From contig MU008161.1 in assembly GCA_010909165.1 (NCBI GenBank), positions 1 to 64,000 of the forward strand: a stretch of 64,000 nucleotides of DNA. Reading direction: 5' to 3'. The position numbers and the translations under genes are program-made. The DNA is from Anthoceros angustus. Taxonomy: Eukaryota; Plantae; Anthocerotophyta. Of the stretch, positions 1 through 13,780 are shown piece after piece. Below the pieces are notes generated by a model. The model did no database searches. It saw nothing but the letters and a program-made list of their open reading frames with translations, and was not told the DNA's origin. Position 1 is the stretch's first letter, and each line of letters begins with the position of its first letter.

Positions 1-166
1 CGGTCGGGCGCATGCAGGAGTCGGTGAGTCGAGAGGTCGATCGGGCGCACCCTCCATCCCGTGCGGGAAGGGCTCCCCACTCCTTCGTGGGGCAAACCCT
101 ATCTGAACCAACGTGGGATAAGTGTGGCCGCTCTGATTGAGGGGTTCAGGGTCCGGAACCTCCACC
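1..166 (+). mobile_element. Probable 3' end of an LTR (truncated by window start)
   Basis: Ends ...gggtccggaacctccacCA. This resembles the reverse complement of 5638-5657 (ttcgggccgacctccacca), which abuts a PBS-like tggggcgcc. Composition changes after 166. Confidence 0.3.
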
Positions 167-952
167 ACCTGATCTATTGCGTCATTGTGGGGATGTATCT
201 AGCACCAACATCAATCATCATCTTTTGACAACATAGGAGCTCACCTCGATATACTCCGACCACTCCAATTCACACTTCCTCTTCTTCACTATCTAAAGGT
301 CCAACTAAAGATGATCGAACATCTACTAGCTTAAATAAGAAAGTGGTATTTATCATGGGCAATCCATGGAAGGTAGAAGTCCACATCACTGACTGTCCCA
401 GGCCCATTGGAAGATCACCAGTTATCTCAGTTTGATCTGGATAGAATACCTTCTCATGTTTTCCCAGCAACATGTACTCAGCCAGTTAAACAGTGATTTC
501 TTATATCGTGGGTTGAAAAAATCTGTGATTCTTGCCTTCTCTGTTGGATTCGGACCGAAAGATGACACCCATCATTGAGATTACAGGAGGCGCTTCATTT
601 CGGTGGTCGCCCCAAGCTAATATCTCGTCGATCTGCAGGTCTGCAGGTTCCACCAAAGCGGATTATCGACCAAAGATTTGAGCAGTTGCGCCTCTGCTAT
701 TGCGCGCATAATGCCTCATCAAATCTGTTGCACCGCACTTGTAGGGCGCAATCTCCTGGCGTCCAATTCTACATGCGTGAGAGCTCCAACGTTCAAAGCA
801 GTGAATTCTGCGGATCCTTCGCGGGCATCCAAGACCAATCGATTTCATCCGGCCGCGCGCTCGGATCTCACCAGCTAGATCGCGGTCGACGCCTGCATTT
901 TGTGCGCTGTGGCGCGACTTTCTTGGCAACCCGGTAGCGCGCACAATCGTGT

Positions 953-3900
953 CGTTGTAGGAAGGAGTTCGTTCCCAAGGAATGAGACTCCGTTTGCGGC
1001 GTTTCGGGCGATTCTCGTCTTACTGCGTCCGTTCGGTCCCAGCGCACACACTCCTTAGTTCACGTCTAACTACCATGACAAACACCGCCGGGCCGGTATG
1101 GCCAAGCGTTTAAGGACCCGTTCGCGTCCGTTTCGTTCCGTTAGTCTCTCACACCTCTCGTCGTTCCTCTCTCCCTCACTACACTTATCGGTCTTAAGGA
1201 AGGCAGCGCGGGTTACCGATCAGGACCTCCTCGTCGTTCTCGGGCCTCTCCGTCCGGGCTCTGCACGCCCTCCAGTCCCTCGGCTCACCGCGTTCCGGTC
1301 CGTTCGTATGGCGCGGCTCGGGCGAAACGGGTCCCAGTCACCCTTCCTGCACACACCGTTAGGTCCGTCACGGGACCACATCAATCCCTCCGGGTGCACC
1401 TTTCGGTGACTCGGGACTCACGTTAGCAAGAAGACACAAAGGTGCGCAGAGCGGCATCAACACCAAGAAAGATGATTTTTGAGCTGACCCTCTTATACTA
1501 CGCCGGTCGGCGTCTTTATTACCCCTATTACGGCGATGGCCATTTCGGTACCTAATCGACGCCTACCATCCTATTCCCTCCCCTATCTCCTTCGCGGTGG
1601 GGGAAGGTCCGTTCCTTGGGATTGGTGGTCCAATCTCCGTCACAGCGATTGCGGCGCGCAATCGGATGATCCGAGGGGACCCCTCCTCTCCCGGAATCAC
1701 AGCCGGGTTGGGCTCGGCGGATGCGGCCGCCGTTACCAGCGTCATCCTCCACAGCCTCCCATGGGTCCCTCCGGTGGGGCCCGGTCATCGCTCCCGCGTA
1801 AGTCGAAGGGGCTCCTCCTTCTTGCCGAGTCGGACCTCGAGGTCGGTCTCGACTCGGTCTGAACTCCAGTCGGCTTATTTCTGAGTCAGGCCATGGGTCG
1901 GCCTCGTCTCGGGGTTCGGACCTCGGGGTCGAACTTATTCAGTCCGGTCCCCAACTCGGACCCCTTCACATGGACCTCGTCTTGCTAGGTCCTCCTCCTT
2001 ACCCAGGCCCTTGTCTTGGTTGGGTTGGCTCCTCCTGCACCCCTTTCGGGCCGTCACCCCTTCTCGGCGGGTGGTGGTGAACTTACCACAGGGTCGCGTC
2101 CGCTCCTCTTGGGGCTCTTCTCCTTGCCGTCGTCTCCAAGCAGGGCCCCTAGGGTCCCCTGTGGCCGCCCCTGCCCTTCTTCCCCTCAAGGCCTTCCGGG
2201 TCCGTCTTTTGGTGAGGCCTCAGCCAGGGAGCTCGGCGTGGTAATAGGCAAAGTCCGAATCCACTTGCTGGATTGCCTCTTCCACGTGTGCGGGCACCGA
2301 TACTCCGCCATAGGTGCTCTGCTGCCCGCTTGTTGCTCCACCTCCCGAGTTTGATAGGGGGCTGCTTCTCATGGTGCCAGGCTCGGTCACCTCCGCGTCC
2401 TGTTGCTCCCTGCTCCAACTCCCTCCTTGGTTCCGGCTGCCGGCTTGCCCGCCATAGCGCGTTCCCTTCGACTTCCTCGGTGGACGGCGGCTTCTTGCCT
2501 TCCGGCCCTCGCCTCTTTGTCCATTACATTAACTCCGCCATCTCCCTCTCCAGACGGTCGGGCAACGCGGTGCTTCAGCGAGCCCTTCTCCATCTCGGCG
2601 TCACGCTCCTGTTCCATCGCCGTCTGACTCCGTCCAGCAGGAGCCGCTCTATTTCGTCGCGTTCGCGACCATGTCTGACTACCATTCCTCTCAATGATAG
2701 TTTGGGCTGACTCAAAGTCTCCTTGCGGTCCTCCATCTCACGCTTCTTTGCTCCACCTCCGGGTCAGGAGATCCTCCATCTCCTTGTCGAACTTCTTGGC
2801 TGGTCTTGCTCACCTCCTCTCCATCTTGAGGTGGGCGCTCTATCTCCTCGAAGTCTGGATTCTCATTGAGAACCCTTGCTGCTCAAGCGCGTCTTGGGTT
2901 GTAACTCCAAGGTGTCCTTCTTGTCCTCCGGCTCCTGCGCCTCCTTCTACCTCCTGCAGCACAGGGTCCCGATTTCCGGGTCTTGGCCTCAGTGTTACGG
3001 CTCGTCCGTGCTTGCTCCGCCACCTCCTGCTCCATCTTGAGGGGGCGCTCTATCTCCTCGAAGTCTTGGATTCTCATTGAGAACCCTTGCTTGCTCCGGC
3101 CAGCGTCTTGGGTTGTAACTCCAAGGTGTCCTTCTTGTCCTCCAACTCCTGCCGCCTACCTCCTGCTGCATACAGGTCCCGATTTCCGGGTCTTGGCCTC
3201 AGTGTTTCTGCGGCTCGTGCTTGCTCTCTTGCCACTGCTCGGCCTTGATTGGCGTGGCTCTCTCGGCCGCCTCCCTCCACGGTTCCGATCACGCCGATAG
3301 TGATCGCGATCGGCCCGTGGCCTTGCCTCCTTGGCCACCTTCACAGCCTCTCCGGCTTGGCTCTGGTCGGTCAGGCTGCCTCACGGTCCGCGCCCGCTAC
3401 GCTTCGCCCGGCGTCCTCCGCTTCTGTGCGCTCGCCCCTCTGCGGAGGTCCTCGGCCAGCGCTTGGGCCTCCTCCTTCCTTGTGCTCCTCGGTGAAGGAA
3501 TTTAGTCGGTCCTTGCGGATGGACGGACCTCCCTCTCGCCTCGGCGTTCCCTCCTCAATCGGCCGAGCTTGGCCTTCCTTCTGCCTCCTGGGCCCCTCAG
3601 CTGCTCACTGGAGGAGTACCATGCGCCTCGGGTGGCTTCTACCTCCACAGGTCTTCTCGGCCATCCCGAGACCCCAAAGCATCCATCCGCCAGTGGCGGA
3701 CCCGTGTTTCTTCCACGGCCTGCTGATGAGGCTCCCACAAAGTCCGTGGCGGGGGGCATTTCCTGATCCGCCAAGGACCTCCATACATTGTCCGAGTAAG
3801 TCGGCGGGTTCTCGGACCTAATCGGGACCCTTAGGTCACGAGTCTTGGCTCGGGCTTCACCCTCCTTGGCCCTTTTGGCGCGAGCTCCTTCTCCGCCCTT

Positions 3901-5655
3901 TTCTCACAGGGCTCGGAGGAGGTGAGGGAGTCGGGAGCAAGCCTTTTGCCCCTTCACATCGGCGCAGGCCGGCTCAGTGCGGGCTGCAGTGTCCTCCACA
4001 GGCGTCCCTTTCGCCCTCCTTGCTTCCTCCTTCTTGCCACTCAGGTAGGCGGGGTAAATCTTGGCACCGTCACGAGGTGCAGCGTTGGTAACCGTGGTCT
4101 TGCGTCTCTTGGCTCCCTCACAGTCGGCGGGCTCCGGTATGGTTGTGGTGGTGGGCTGGGGTCGGCCTTCTGCTGGGTGCTCGGTTGGGGCACCGGGAGG
4201 AGGCGGGAATTTCTTCCATACTTCCACAGGTGGTGAGGGGTCCGTTCACGTATGGAGTCAGGAATCCTCGATCGTCCTCCTCCGGGTCCGTTTGGCCTTA
4301 CGATCGGCCTCCTCCCTCGGCGCCCTTGCCGCTCCACTTGGCGGGGCCTCGGTCCTTTCCGGGCGCTCGCTCAAGCTCTCCTTCCTTGAGGAGCTCGAAA
4401 TGCCCCATACATGGATCGGTATGGGGCGGCCCAGATGGCGAGGCTCTCGGTCCACAGCTTGCGGGCCTCTGGCTAAACAGGCGAGATAATCCTTCCCAGT
4501 CCCCTCTTCCCCATTGCGGCATGCGGGAATACCAGCAGTTATCACCAAGGTGATCCACCTTGGTGGCGAGTTCAATGGACAATGATCCGGGCTACCGCCC
4601 TTACTCGGTCGGGTCGGATATCGACCACGTTGGTGGTCCTGCGTCGAGCCTCGCGCCGCGGCTGGCGGCCCTATCTTCCCCTTGAGGGGCTCGGCACCCT
4701 CCCCTTCTTCCTCCTTTGGGCGGTTGTAGGCGCCCTCGGGACCTCAAGGTCCATCGCCTTGGGTCCTCCGGAGGTTCTTGGACCGCACCTCCTTATTGAC
4801 CGCCGGCATCTTCGGCGAACTCCGGACGGTGACCGAGCGTCGGACCATGGAACACATCCAAATGCCACTCCTGCACCAATTCTGCTTCCTCGGCCGGGCC
4901 CAAAGTCCGGATAGCGCGGGTCACAATGTTGCGCTCCACGAGGTTCCATGGCTCCCAAACTTCCAGCGGGCTTTTGGGTGCCATCGCCTTCTCCTCCCTT
5001 GGTTCTTGGCAGCTTGTGGCCGGAGACGGCACGTTGCGCCTTCTTGGCGTTCGTTGCTCCAACCTCAGCGGTGAGCGGCGAGCGTCTGGCGTCAAGAGAT
5101 ACCGCGAGCGGTTGCGGGCGCGAGATCGCGGTGTCTCGGCTGCGGGCGAAATGACCTTCCTTGACGCCCGGGAGTAACGGCGGGCGGGCGCCTCTTCCAC
5201 ACGTAGCGCAGTGCGCATGGCTTGCCGACCTTACGCCTCCGCTTACTGCGGCCTTCGCGCGCGTACTACGGCCTTCGCCCGCGCGCGTCGCGGGCGTGAA
5301 TACCTATATAACGGCCTCCAGCGAATTCACAGTCTGGCGGTGCATGCCCGTCTCCACTCGGGGCCGTCCGCGTGGCGTCGCCTGGTCGTCCTCACGGCTC
5401 AACTTCTAAGTTACTTTCACAGTGCCTCCACGGTCACAGGTGGGTCCGGACTTATCCTGCGCGTGGCTGCCATAGTAGGTCCGGGTCGTTCCTCCTCCGG
5501 TCAGTATACTCCAGGTCGAGTCTGGAGTGGTATCCATGCTTATTTCCCCTTTTTCGCCTCATTTTATCCTTCACTCTACAAAAACAAAACCCTACCTATT
5601 TCTAACCCCAAGGGAAGTCCAAGCACAGGCGCCCCAGTTGGTGGAGGTCGGCCCG
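953..5655 (-). mobile_element. Degenerate retrotransposon-like element with one frameshifted accessory ORF (C-terminal coiled coil); no gag/pol recognised
   Basis: Minus-strand fragments (ELVQEWHLDVF; VDW..II..L...PY.IHVWGHFELL reconstructed across frameshifts; ADRDHYRRDRNR..RRQELEDKKDTLELQ..RIQDFEEIER) are homologous to the + strand ORF at 61822-62409. 953-1530 is homologous to the reverse complement of 63370-64000. TATA-like TTATATAGG near 5304-5312 (minus) and PBS-like TGGGGCGCC near 5629-5637 (minus). Confidence 0.6.
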
Positions 5656-6329
5656 AATCGTGAGGTGTGATCAGGATCGCGGTTTTTCAGCGCTTGTGCC
5701 CGGCTGCCAGCAGCGTTGGCCAGAAACCCGCAGCGGTGCCCCATACGAACTTAAGCCATTTTCGGGGGCGTTTGACCCGAATGAAACTCAGTTGGAGTTT
5801 CTTTCACAGGGGTATGAAACGGCTCCTCCGTTTCTTACCTGTGTCCGTCCTTTGATATCTCAGGTTCCTGGCACCCGAGCAGATGTGCCTCCTCGGTTAG
5901 CGGACGTGACTTTTGGTAGCTCGCCAACTCCTTATAAGTCGCCCCCGGCTCTCGTTCTTACACCTACTCCAGCATCAGCAATCAAACAAGAGCCCTTGTC
6001 GCCAACGCGCCTGGCGACGCCGCCAATCGCTACCTTTATGAGCAGCGGTGCCACGCTGCTCAAAATTTCGATTGGAGTGTCGACATCTTTGGGATCACCT
6101 TCACGACTTTACGATCGGTAATCCCTGCTCAATGATTGACACTCTTACCTGTCTATACTAATGATCGTGGCATAGTTCATCAGAGCTATTTGACTTCACT
6201 CTTTGTCTTCATAATATTTACGCTCATCAAGTTTTCTCATATAACTATGTTAGAAGCCCTTTCGGTCATAACTTGATCGGTGTTCCTTCTTTATATTATT
6301 ATATTACAGCTTGATTATCGAACTATGGC

Positions 6330-7560
6330 ATCGACGTCCTCTTCTTTGACGCCACCTACACCAATTATTAATTATATGAATGTTTCTTCCGAATTCAAAG
6401 AAAAGACGTTTGACACAAAGTTTGAGATATATATGGGCAGCGTTCCTAATACACTGACTTGCTTGGCATAGTGGATGGCACCATTCAACGCCTTGGTCCC
6501 TCTTGCTCGACTCTTGGATCAAACAAGACAGGCTTGCACTTCACATCCTTATTTGTTGTGGAGTCACACTACATCATCTTGATGGGGCTACTCTGCTGCA
6601 GAGGCATGGCGCTAGTAGATATTTTTCAATCTACCAATGTTATGACATTAGTCACTGCGTGTTATTTATTCTTACGCATGCATAATAATGAGAGCATTGG
6701 TACTTATGTTGGGAAGTTTCGATATCTTGGGCCCCCTTCGCTTTAGGCACTCCTTATTGGAATTTGAAGCTTGTGTCCAACTCGCCTCCCTTCCCGCCTT
6801 TCAAGCATTTGTGTCCTCTCGAGAATGGCCACATTGAGAGGCTCATCGGTGATGGCGCAACTATTTCCATCTCCGAAATTGCGCTCTCCTTCAAGAGGAG
6901 GCTTCTAGATCAACGTCGGCGCCGAGCATGGTGGTGAACGAGTTATGTTCATTAGCAAAGGCCGTCAACGTCCCGACCTCGGCCGGCGGCGTCGTCCTCC
7001 ACTTGATAGAGCGACCTTCCTTATCTCCGGCTCCTTCTCGGGGCCCTTCCTTCTCCAAGCACAGTGGTTCCACCATAAACACAGTACTTGCAATTGCGAT
7101 TCGAGCCTTGAGCTGAGCCGCAAGAAGAAATGGTGAGCCTCGACGCCCTTCAAGTCCGCCATATGGCCTCGACCTCCAAGCGACAGGCCGACATTGCCCT
7201 CACATGCTTGGTAGCTTTGAATATAAGACCTCTTGGCTATTGGACTCGCTTTCAGCATATCCTTCATCATCACCATATGTTCTCGATTATCTCCCCGCGA
7301 AGATCAGCGTTTTGTTCTTCTGATGACTCGACCTTACTATTGCGAGCTAACATCTTTTACTCTTGATGGTTCCGTCCTTCTTTTAAGTGATGTGTTGCAT
7401 GTTCCGCAAATGGCGAAGAATCTTATTTCCGTCGACACTTGGTGAAGGACGGCTTTCCTAGGAGTTGAGGAGGCGATTGCCTCCTCACAAGATCTGTTGC
7501 TCTGTGGCGTGGTTGCTAGAGGTCGTCAGCATGACCTCTATGTCTTCTCCGCCGTACCAG
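6330..7560 (+). pseudogene. Ty1/copia gag - protease - pre-integrase remnant
   Basis: Frameshifted gag motifs WIKQDRLALHILICC..GAT.AAEAW and LRMHNNESIGTYVGKF, a decayed zinc knuckle (KKKW..QV.HMAS), and the copia protease-linker motif LSDVLHVPQMAKNLISV followed by VARGRQHDLY. Cut off by the CACTA end at 7650. Confidence 0.8.
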
Positions 7561-8479
7561 TGATCACACCTGGTGGCTATTTTTTTTACCTTACTGCTAT
7601 GGTTTCAACATGGATGGTGGATTATTTTTACCCTATGGCATTGTTTTCTCACTACTTGTAATAAATTTTCGAATTCGGTAAAAATGACGAGAGTCAATTC
7701 TCTCTAGAATTTATCCCGTTCCCCCCGAAAATAAATCAAACGAGCGCGTCGAGGCCCCAGACAAGGCCGCGACTTTACGTCATTTCTCGGGCCGCAAAGT
7801 ATTCAAGAGGATTGTAATCGGGCGCTGGTTGTGCAATACGAGGTGCAATTGGGGTTTGAACCGGGAGGTAGGCGCATGGGGCTGCAAATTGCGTTTGAAG
7901 TAGAGGAAGTAGGCGGCGAGAGGTCTGCGAGGTGTTCAAGCCACCGACTCTGCACCTTGGCTTGCACCGGGGCAAATAACCATCGCGGCTGTGAAGCCGC
8001 TGGGCGTGCGGCGCCCTTGCATGGCGGTAACGGGTTAGCGAAGAGGGGCTGAGGCACGGGCTGCATCAACAGGACTTGCCGGACGGCCATCAAAATCTGG
8101 AAGCAGAACACTTGATGCAATTCCCAGAGGAGCAGGCAGGCTGGGATGAGGGGCTGGAAGGGGGAGAGGAGGGGCTGCATAGGAGATGTTGTGGGCAACA
8201 CGCACGGCTGACACCACAAATTGTGTACGACTTGGCGGTGTAGCACTTGCAAGCGGGGAGGCCATTGATGAAAGGAGGCAGAATATGACGAAATTAAAGA
8301 CAAGGATGTGACATTTGTGTCTCGTTTATGACAGGCTCACTCCGCTGGAAATTTGTGGTTTGTTCGTCATAAGAATATCGTGCTCGATTTCCGAATGACG
8401 GTGTCTCACGATAGTGAATTTTCCCTGCAACTCCTATTGGCGAATGGCCCAGCAACCACTCTCTCACTTGCCGTGCATG

Positions 8480-9160
8480 CGACCGCCGTTAGGGGGAAAG
8501 GAGGTTCCTGTTACCTCGTCTTCCGCCGTTGGCAGCCCAAAACACAGGCATGCTGTCCATGCCATTTTTGGCTGCCCAATGGATCTCCGCAACATTCGGC
8601 TGCTCACCGTATACCTCCTCGTACCTTCGCCTGAAGTCCATTGCTCTGCCCCGCCCAAATGGGTTTGTCCCAGCTGTTCCATGCTTCTCCAATCTTGCTT
8701 CCACGGCCGTCATTTGTGGACATCTTGGCCAATTTCCATTGCCCAACTCGTACTGTTGGACACCCCACTCGATTGCCTCCCACCACACCTCCGGCGTCAC
8801 AGAGTCGGGCCGCAACCGGGCCACAAGTGCCCTCTTCCCTGATGTTCGCACTCGCCCCTTCTTCACTCTTTTCGTGGTTGTAGCACGCCCGTACAAATTC
8901 GAGAACTTTGTTGGATGACTTCTCGATTGGTCACACCGGGTACTCCGCCACCACGTCCATAAGCTCGCATCGTTACGCATCATGCTTTGTCCAACACTTC
9001 AAAACACAAGTCTTGGCAAAGAACCAATTCTCGGATCCTCTTCTCCATGGACAATTTGTCCGCCCGATGACCCCTCCCACACATGACAGTAAGTCCGCCT
9101 TTGTCCGCCTCCGCACACAATCGGGCGGCCAATTGCGAGATCTTGTGATGCCCATGAGTC
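8480..9160 (-). pseudogene. Possible CACTA second-gene (TnpA-like) remnant
   Basis: Protein-like ORF 8489-8983 (VTPEVWWEAIEW...NPFGRGRAMDFRRRYEEVYGEQP) lies downstream of TnpD on the same strand inside the TIRs. Assignment is mainly positional. Confidence 0.4.
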
Positions 9161-11660
9161 CCGATCAAACGCCTGATGACCTCTGGCAATTCCCGGCAAG
9201 AAGGTCCAACAACTGGCTCTTGGCACGACGCGGACAAGTGTTCCCCACGGGACCTTCAAGTCCTGCCCATCCTGCCGCGACTATGAGCTTGTGTGTCACG
9301 CCTCTTTCCTCCTCGAAACTTCTTGCATGTCCGGGGAGCATGTCGTCCTCATTCTCGGGCGGTGACATCTACCTGCCTCCCCATCCGCCCATGTTGCAAG
9401 CCTGCCGTGCTTTGCAGGCGCCCCGCTCGTCATGTCTTCCCCAAGCGGCGTGGCTGTTACGAGTTGTTCCACTCTTGATCGCTCGTAGATGCACGGATGT
9501 CGCCTCCTCCCTAGATTTCACAATGAAGGGTGGTGCGGTAGCACGCACGGTTTGCTCGTTAGCAAATTGCGGGACCGCTATGCGCTGGTGATCTCAAAAT
9601 GCACCTACCGAATTTGAGCGAAGAGCACGGATCAAGGTGCCGATCGCTGCATTCGCCATGCCTGTGTTCGGCCGATGTCATGCTAACGCCGGAGTCTCCC
9701 GCCTGCCCCTGCTCGGTGATGGCCGTGTTCTCCATCACCTCGTCTTCCCATATCGCCCATGTTGCAAGCCTGCCGTGCTTTGCGCCCCGCTCGTCATGTC
9801 TTCCCCAAGCGGCGTGGGCGGTTTGAGTTGTTCCACTCTTGCACAGATGCACGGATCGCCTCCTCCTCCTCCCTAGATTTCACAAGGCGTGGTGGGTGCC
9901 GGGTCTGGTAGCACGCGCCTTGGGTTTGCCTGCTCGTTAGCAAATTGCGGGGACTGTCAAGGGCAGCGGGTGATCTCAAAATGCACCTACCGAATTTGAA
10001 CGAAGAGCCTGGATCAAGGTGCCAGACTGTCGTACCTGCTTGCGTCTTGTGTTCCGGCCAGATGTCATGCTAACGTCGGAGTCTCCTGCCCGTCCCGCGT
10101 TCGGTGATGGCCGTGCCACCGCCATCGGCTCGTGGCGAATCTGAGTCACGTCTACGGCGTCGGTGGGCAAAGTTCGGATGGAAGGATCAGGGAGCGTCCA
10201 CACTTCACCACCGGAGCCGGTCAGACGGAGCTCCTCCGAGCACGGCATTGGTAGTTCTAACGGGTGTGGCGTCGGCCACGACGGCGCACAACGCCTTCCG
10301 GCGGTGGCCGGACCTCCACGCCAGATGCTCCGGACTGACGCCCCAACGCTGGTCGTGTTTGAGGCCCGTCGCAAGGGACGTACCTCCCGAACCCATCCCC
10401 TCCGCCTCCGCACACAATCGGGCGGCCAATTGCGAGATCTTGTGATGCCCATGAGTCCTGATCAAACGCCTGATGACCTCTGTTGGCAATTCCGGTGCAA
10501 GAAGGTCCAACAACCTGGGCTCGGCCGCTGACGCGGGACACAAGTGTTCCCCCACGGGACCTTCGGCTAAGTCCTGTCCATCCTCGGGCTGCGACCTATG
10601 AGCTTGTGTGTCATCAGCTCTTTCCTCCTCAGAAACTTCTTGCATGTCCGGGGGGAGCATGTCGTCCTCATTCTCGGAGCAGGTGACATCTACCTCGTCT
10701 CCCCCATCTGCCCATGTTGCAAGCCCGTCTGCCGTGCTTTGCCAGCGCCCCCCGCTCGTCATGTCTTCCCCAAGCGGCGTGGGCCAGTTACGAGTTGTTC
10801 CACTCTTGCACTGCGGATGCAGGATCGCTCCTCCTCCCTAGATTTCCTGGCGGTGGTGGGTGCGGGTCAGTAGCACGCGCCTTGGGTTTGCTCGTTAGCA
10901 AATTGCTGTCAAGCGCGGGTGATCTCAAAATGCACCTACCGAATTTGAGCGAAGAGCACGGATCAAGGTGCGGGCGCTCGTGCCAACGTCTTGTGTTCCG
11001 GCCAGATGTCATGCTAACGTCGGAGTCTCCTGCCCGTCCCGCGTTCGGTGATGGCCGTGCCACCGCCATCGGCCGGCTAAATGCAGTCTGATCCGCGTCT
11101 GTCGGTGGGCAAAGTTCGGATGGAAGGATCGGGGGCGTCCACACTTCACCACTGGAGCCGGCTGCATCGGAGCCTCCTCCCGGAGCACGGCATTGGTAGT
11201 TCTAACGGGTGTGGCGTCGGCCCACGGCGGCCTGCGCCCTCTTCCATGGCGGACCTCCACGCCCGCTTCGCCGCGTGGGCTCCGACAAACCGGGCTCTTC
11301 CATCGCCCGCTTTCCCGCCCTCGACCTTCCAAACAAGGCCGCGCCACTCATTCCGTGCCCGCCTTTGCTGCGTAAGATGTCCGCCGCCGCCAAGCCGACG
11401 CTTTGCCGCTGCTCTCACGCCCGGATGCTCCGGGACTGCGGCTAACGTTGGGGTACATGTTTGAGGCGTCGGCAAGGGCGTACCTCCCGAACCCATCCCC
11501 AGCCGGTCTCCACGCTGCCCGGTTCGTGGGCTCTGGCAAGCTGGCTCTTCATACGCTTTCCCGCCCTCGACCTTCCAGAAGGCGCCCACTCATTCCGTGC
11601 CCGCCCCTTTGCTGCGTAAGATGTCCGGCCGCTGCGCCCGGTACCGGCCTTTCTTCTGCT
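9095..11660. repeat. Imperfect tandem duplications inside CACTA (e.g. gatctcaaaatgcacctaccgaatttga at ~9590, ~9972, ~10921)
   Basis: Direct repeats of 0.3-1.3 kb that differ by many small indels. Confidence 0.85.
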
Positions 11661-12479
11661 GCTCTCACGTCCGAGCGGCCAGCCGGTTCCAAACTCATGG
11701 CTATGGCCTTCGCCATATCTCGTCCACGCCAGGCTGTGTTTGAAGCTGGTGATTGTGCGGCGCATCCATGCTGAGGACCAATGCAGCGGCCAATTCCCGG
11801 GGATCGACATCCATGGCACCTGGGATGAGATCGGCGGTAGGGCTCACTACACCACTGCTGCTCCTGGGGAGCTCTTCACCCATGTCACCAAAGCACCGTG
11901 AAAGCCGCGCGCCATTGGAACCCGCTTGGGAAGGTAGTCACTGGGGCATGCAGAATGGTAATCAAGGCTGGTGGGACAACCGGCCTCCTCCAACCCGACC
12001 ACACCAAGGAGCGAAATGGCTAGCCGCATGTATCATTGATACTTATGAGCTGATGACATACCGAACTGAGTAGTCTTGGACCTTTGCTCACCAGCTTGAT
12101 CTTGCTGCCAGTTAGGGGTTTCGCCCATGGGTTCACACGGCAACAATGTGAGAACCTCATGTGTGTACATGTTCAAAACATACAATCCACAGACCAAACG
12201 CGAAACCGTAACATGGAATCGTTCTGGGTGTGTACCATCAAGGCCACGCCTTCCTGCCTCACCTCCTACCTTAAGTATGGCCAATTGCGAAGATCCAAAA
12301 GACATGGACTCCCATTCGCCGTCCAAACAGGTGGTAGCGGATTGCGAGGCGTGAGGAGTCCTCTCTTGCTCATCGTGCCACTCCAAGGCGAATCTAGGGA
12401 TTGATGCTTGAGAATCCATCCCCGACCACCCCAATGGGCAACGTCATGAGTCTACACCTCCGAGATATAAAGCGGGGCG

Positions 12480-13780
12480 CTTCACACACCAGGACCTGAC
12501 CCATCACTATCCCGAATCCCGGCCGCGGATGTCATCCAGCATGTGTTGTCAATGTTGGTGTCATGCGCGATGCCTGATCAGGCGTGAGTCTCACACGTGC
12601 CAGCTGCCATGTCCGATATGACAGTGCATGCATTCCTGGCATCTGCATTCACGCAACACACACCATGTCCTCGCTCGCGAGTTGAGGTGGTACGGTTGAC
12701 TGCAGTGGAAGTTTGACTAGGCCGTATATCCATGTATGCGTGACCGGGTAGGGTTCATTGGCTTGGCTTAGTCCAGATGAGGGGAGGGAAATAGCCAATT
12801 TCGGGCTTTTCTTTCCCCGTAGGTGACTATTTTGCTAGCCGTGCGCTCCAGTGGTATGTGCCAGGTGTTGTATCGTACCACCTAGTCCGTTCACGCTCTA
12901 TAGGAACAGGCGGAAACAGACAGCCGTGGAGGATCAGACCTTCACTCCCCAAGCCACTGGCCCCCGCGCGGCTGCATATCACCAAAGCCGCCTTCGCCTT
13001 CCGACATTCACTTGCTGCAAATAGTTACTCCCTTGCGCCCGTCGGTGTCTGAGATGGAAAGCCAAGATGGGCACGCGATTGGCATGACTGTGCTACGCCA
13101 TTCCAGTGAGAGTGAGCCTTGTGACTCGCCGCCTGATGCAACACTTGGAACGCCCTTCGAGAGCCCATCTAGCGACGGCGGGTTTGGGGAGTCGGCATGT
13201 GTTGTCAGCGTTGGTGTCATGCGCGATGCGATCGAGCGTGAGTCTCACCGTGCGGTGCCATGTCCGATATGATGCATGCATTCACATTCACATAATACAC
13301 ACACCATGTCCTCGCTCGCGAGTTGAGGTGGCGCGTTGGTGGAAGTTTGACTAGGCCGTATATCCATGTATGCGTGGCCGGGTAGGGTTCATCGGCTTAG
13401 CTTAGTCGGATGAGGGAGGGAAATAGCCAATTCGGGCTTTTCTTTCCCGTAGGTGACTATTTTGCTAGCCGTGCGCTATGTGCGGTGTTGTCGTACCACC
13501 TAGTCGTTCACGCTCTGGAACGCGGAAATAGACGGCCGTGGAGGTTCGGACCTTCACTCCCAAGCCAGCCCCAGGCACATATCACCAAAGCCGCCGCCTT
13601 CCGACATTCACTTGCTGCAAGCGTTACTCCCTTGCGCCCGTGTTATGCAGATGGAAAGCCAAGATGGGCACGCGATTGGCATGGCTGCAGCCATTCCGGT
13701 GAGTGAGCCTTGTGACTCGCCGCTGATGCAACACTTGGAACGCCCTTGAGAGCCCATCTAGCGACGGGCGGGTTTGGGGA
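12480..13780. repeat. ~650 bp tandem duplication inside CACTA
   Basis: ggaagtttgactaggccgtatatccatgtatgcgtg at ~12707 and ~13341, with the flanking blocks also repeated. Confidence 0.85.

Noticed and set aside
4390-4520. Plant mobile domain (PMD) call for the accessory ORF
   Set aside because: The LACLARG..IHVW resemblance depends on frame choice in noisy sequence. It is too weak without a profile search.
945-5662. aatcgtg on both sides of the first element as a TSD
   Set aside because: 7 bp is atypical for LTR elements, and the enclosed ends are not TG..CA. It may be chance.
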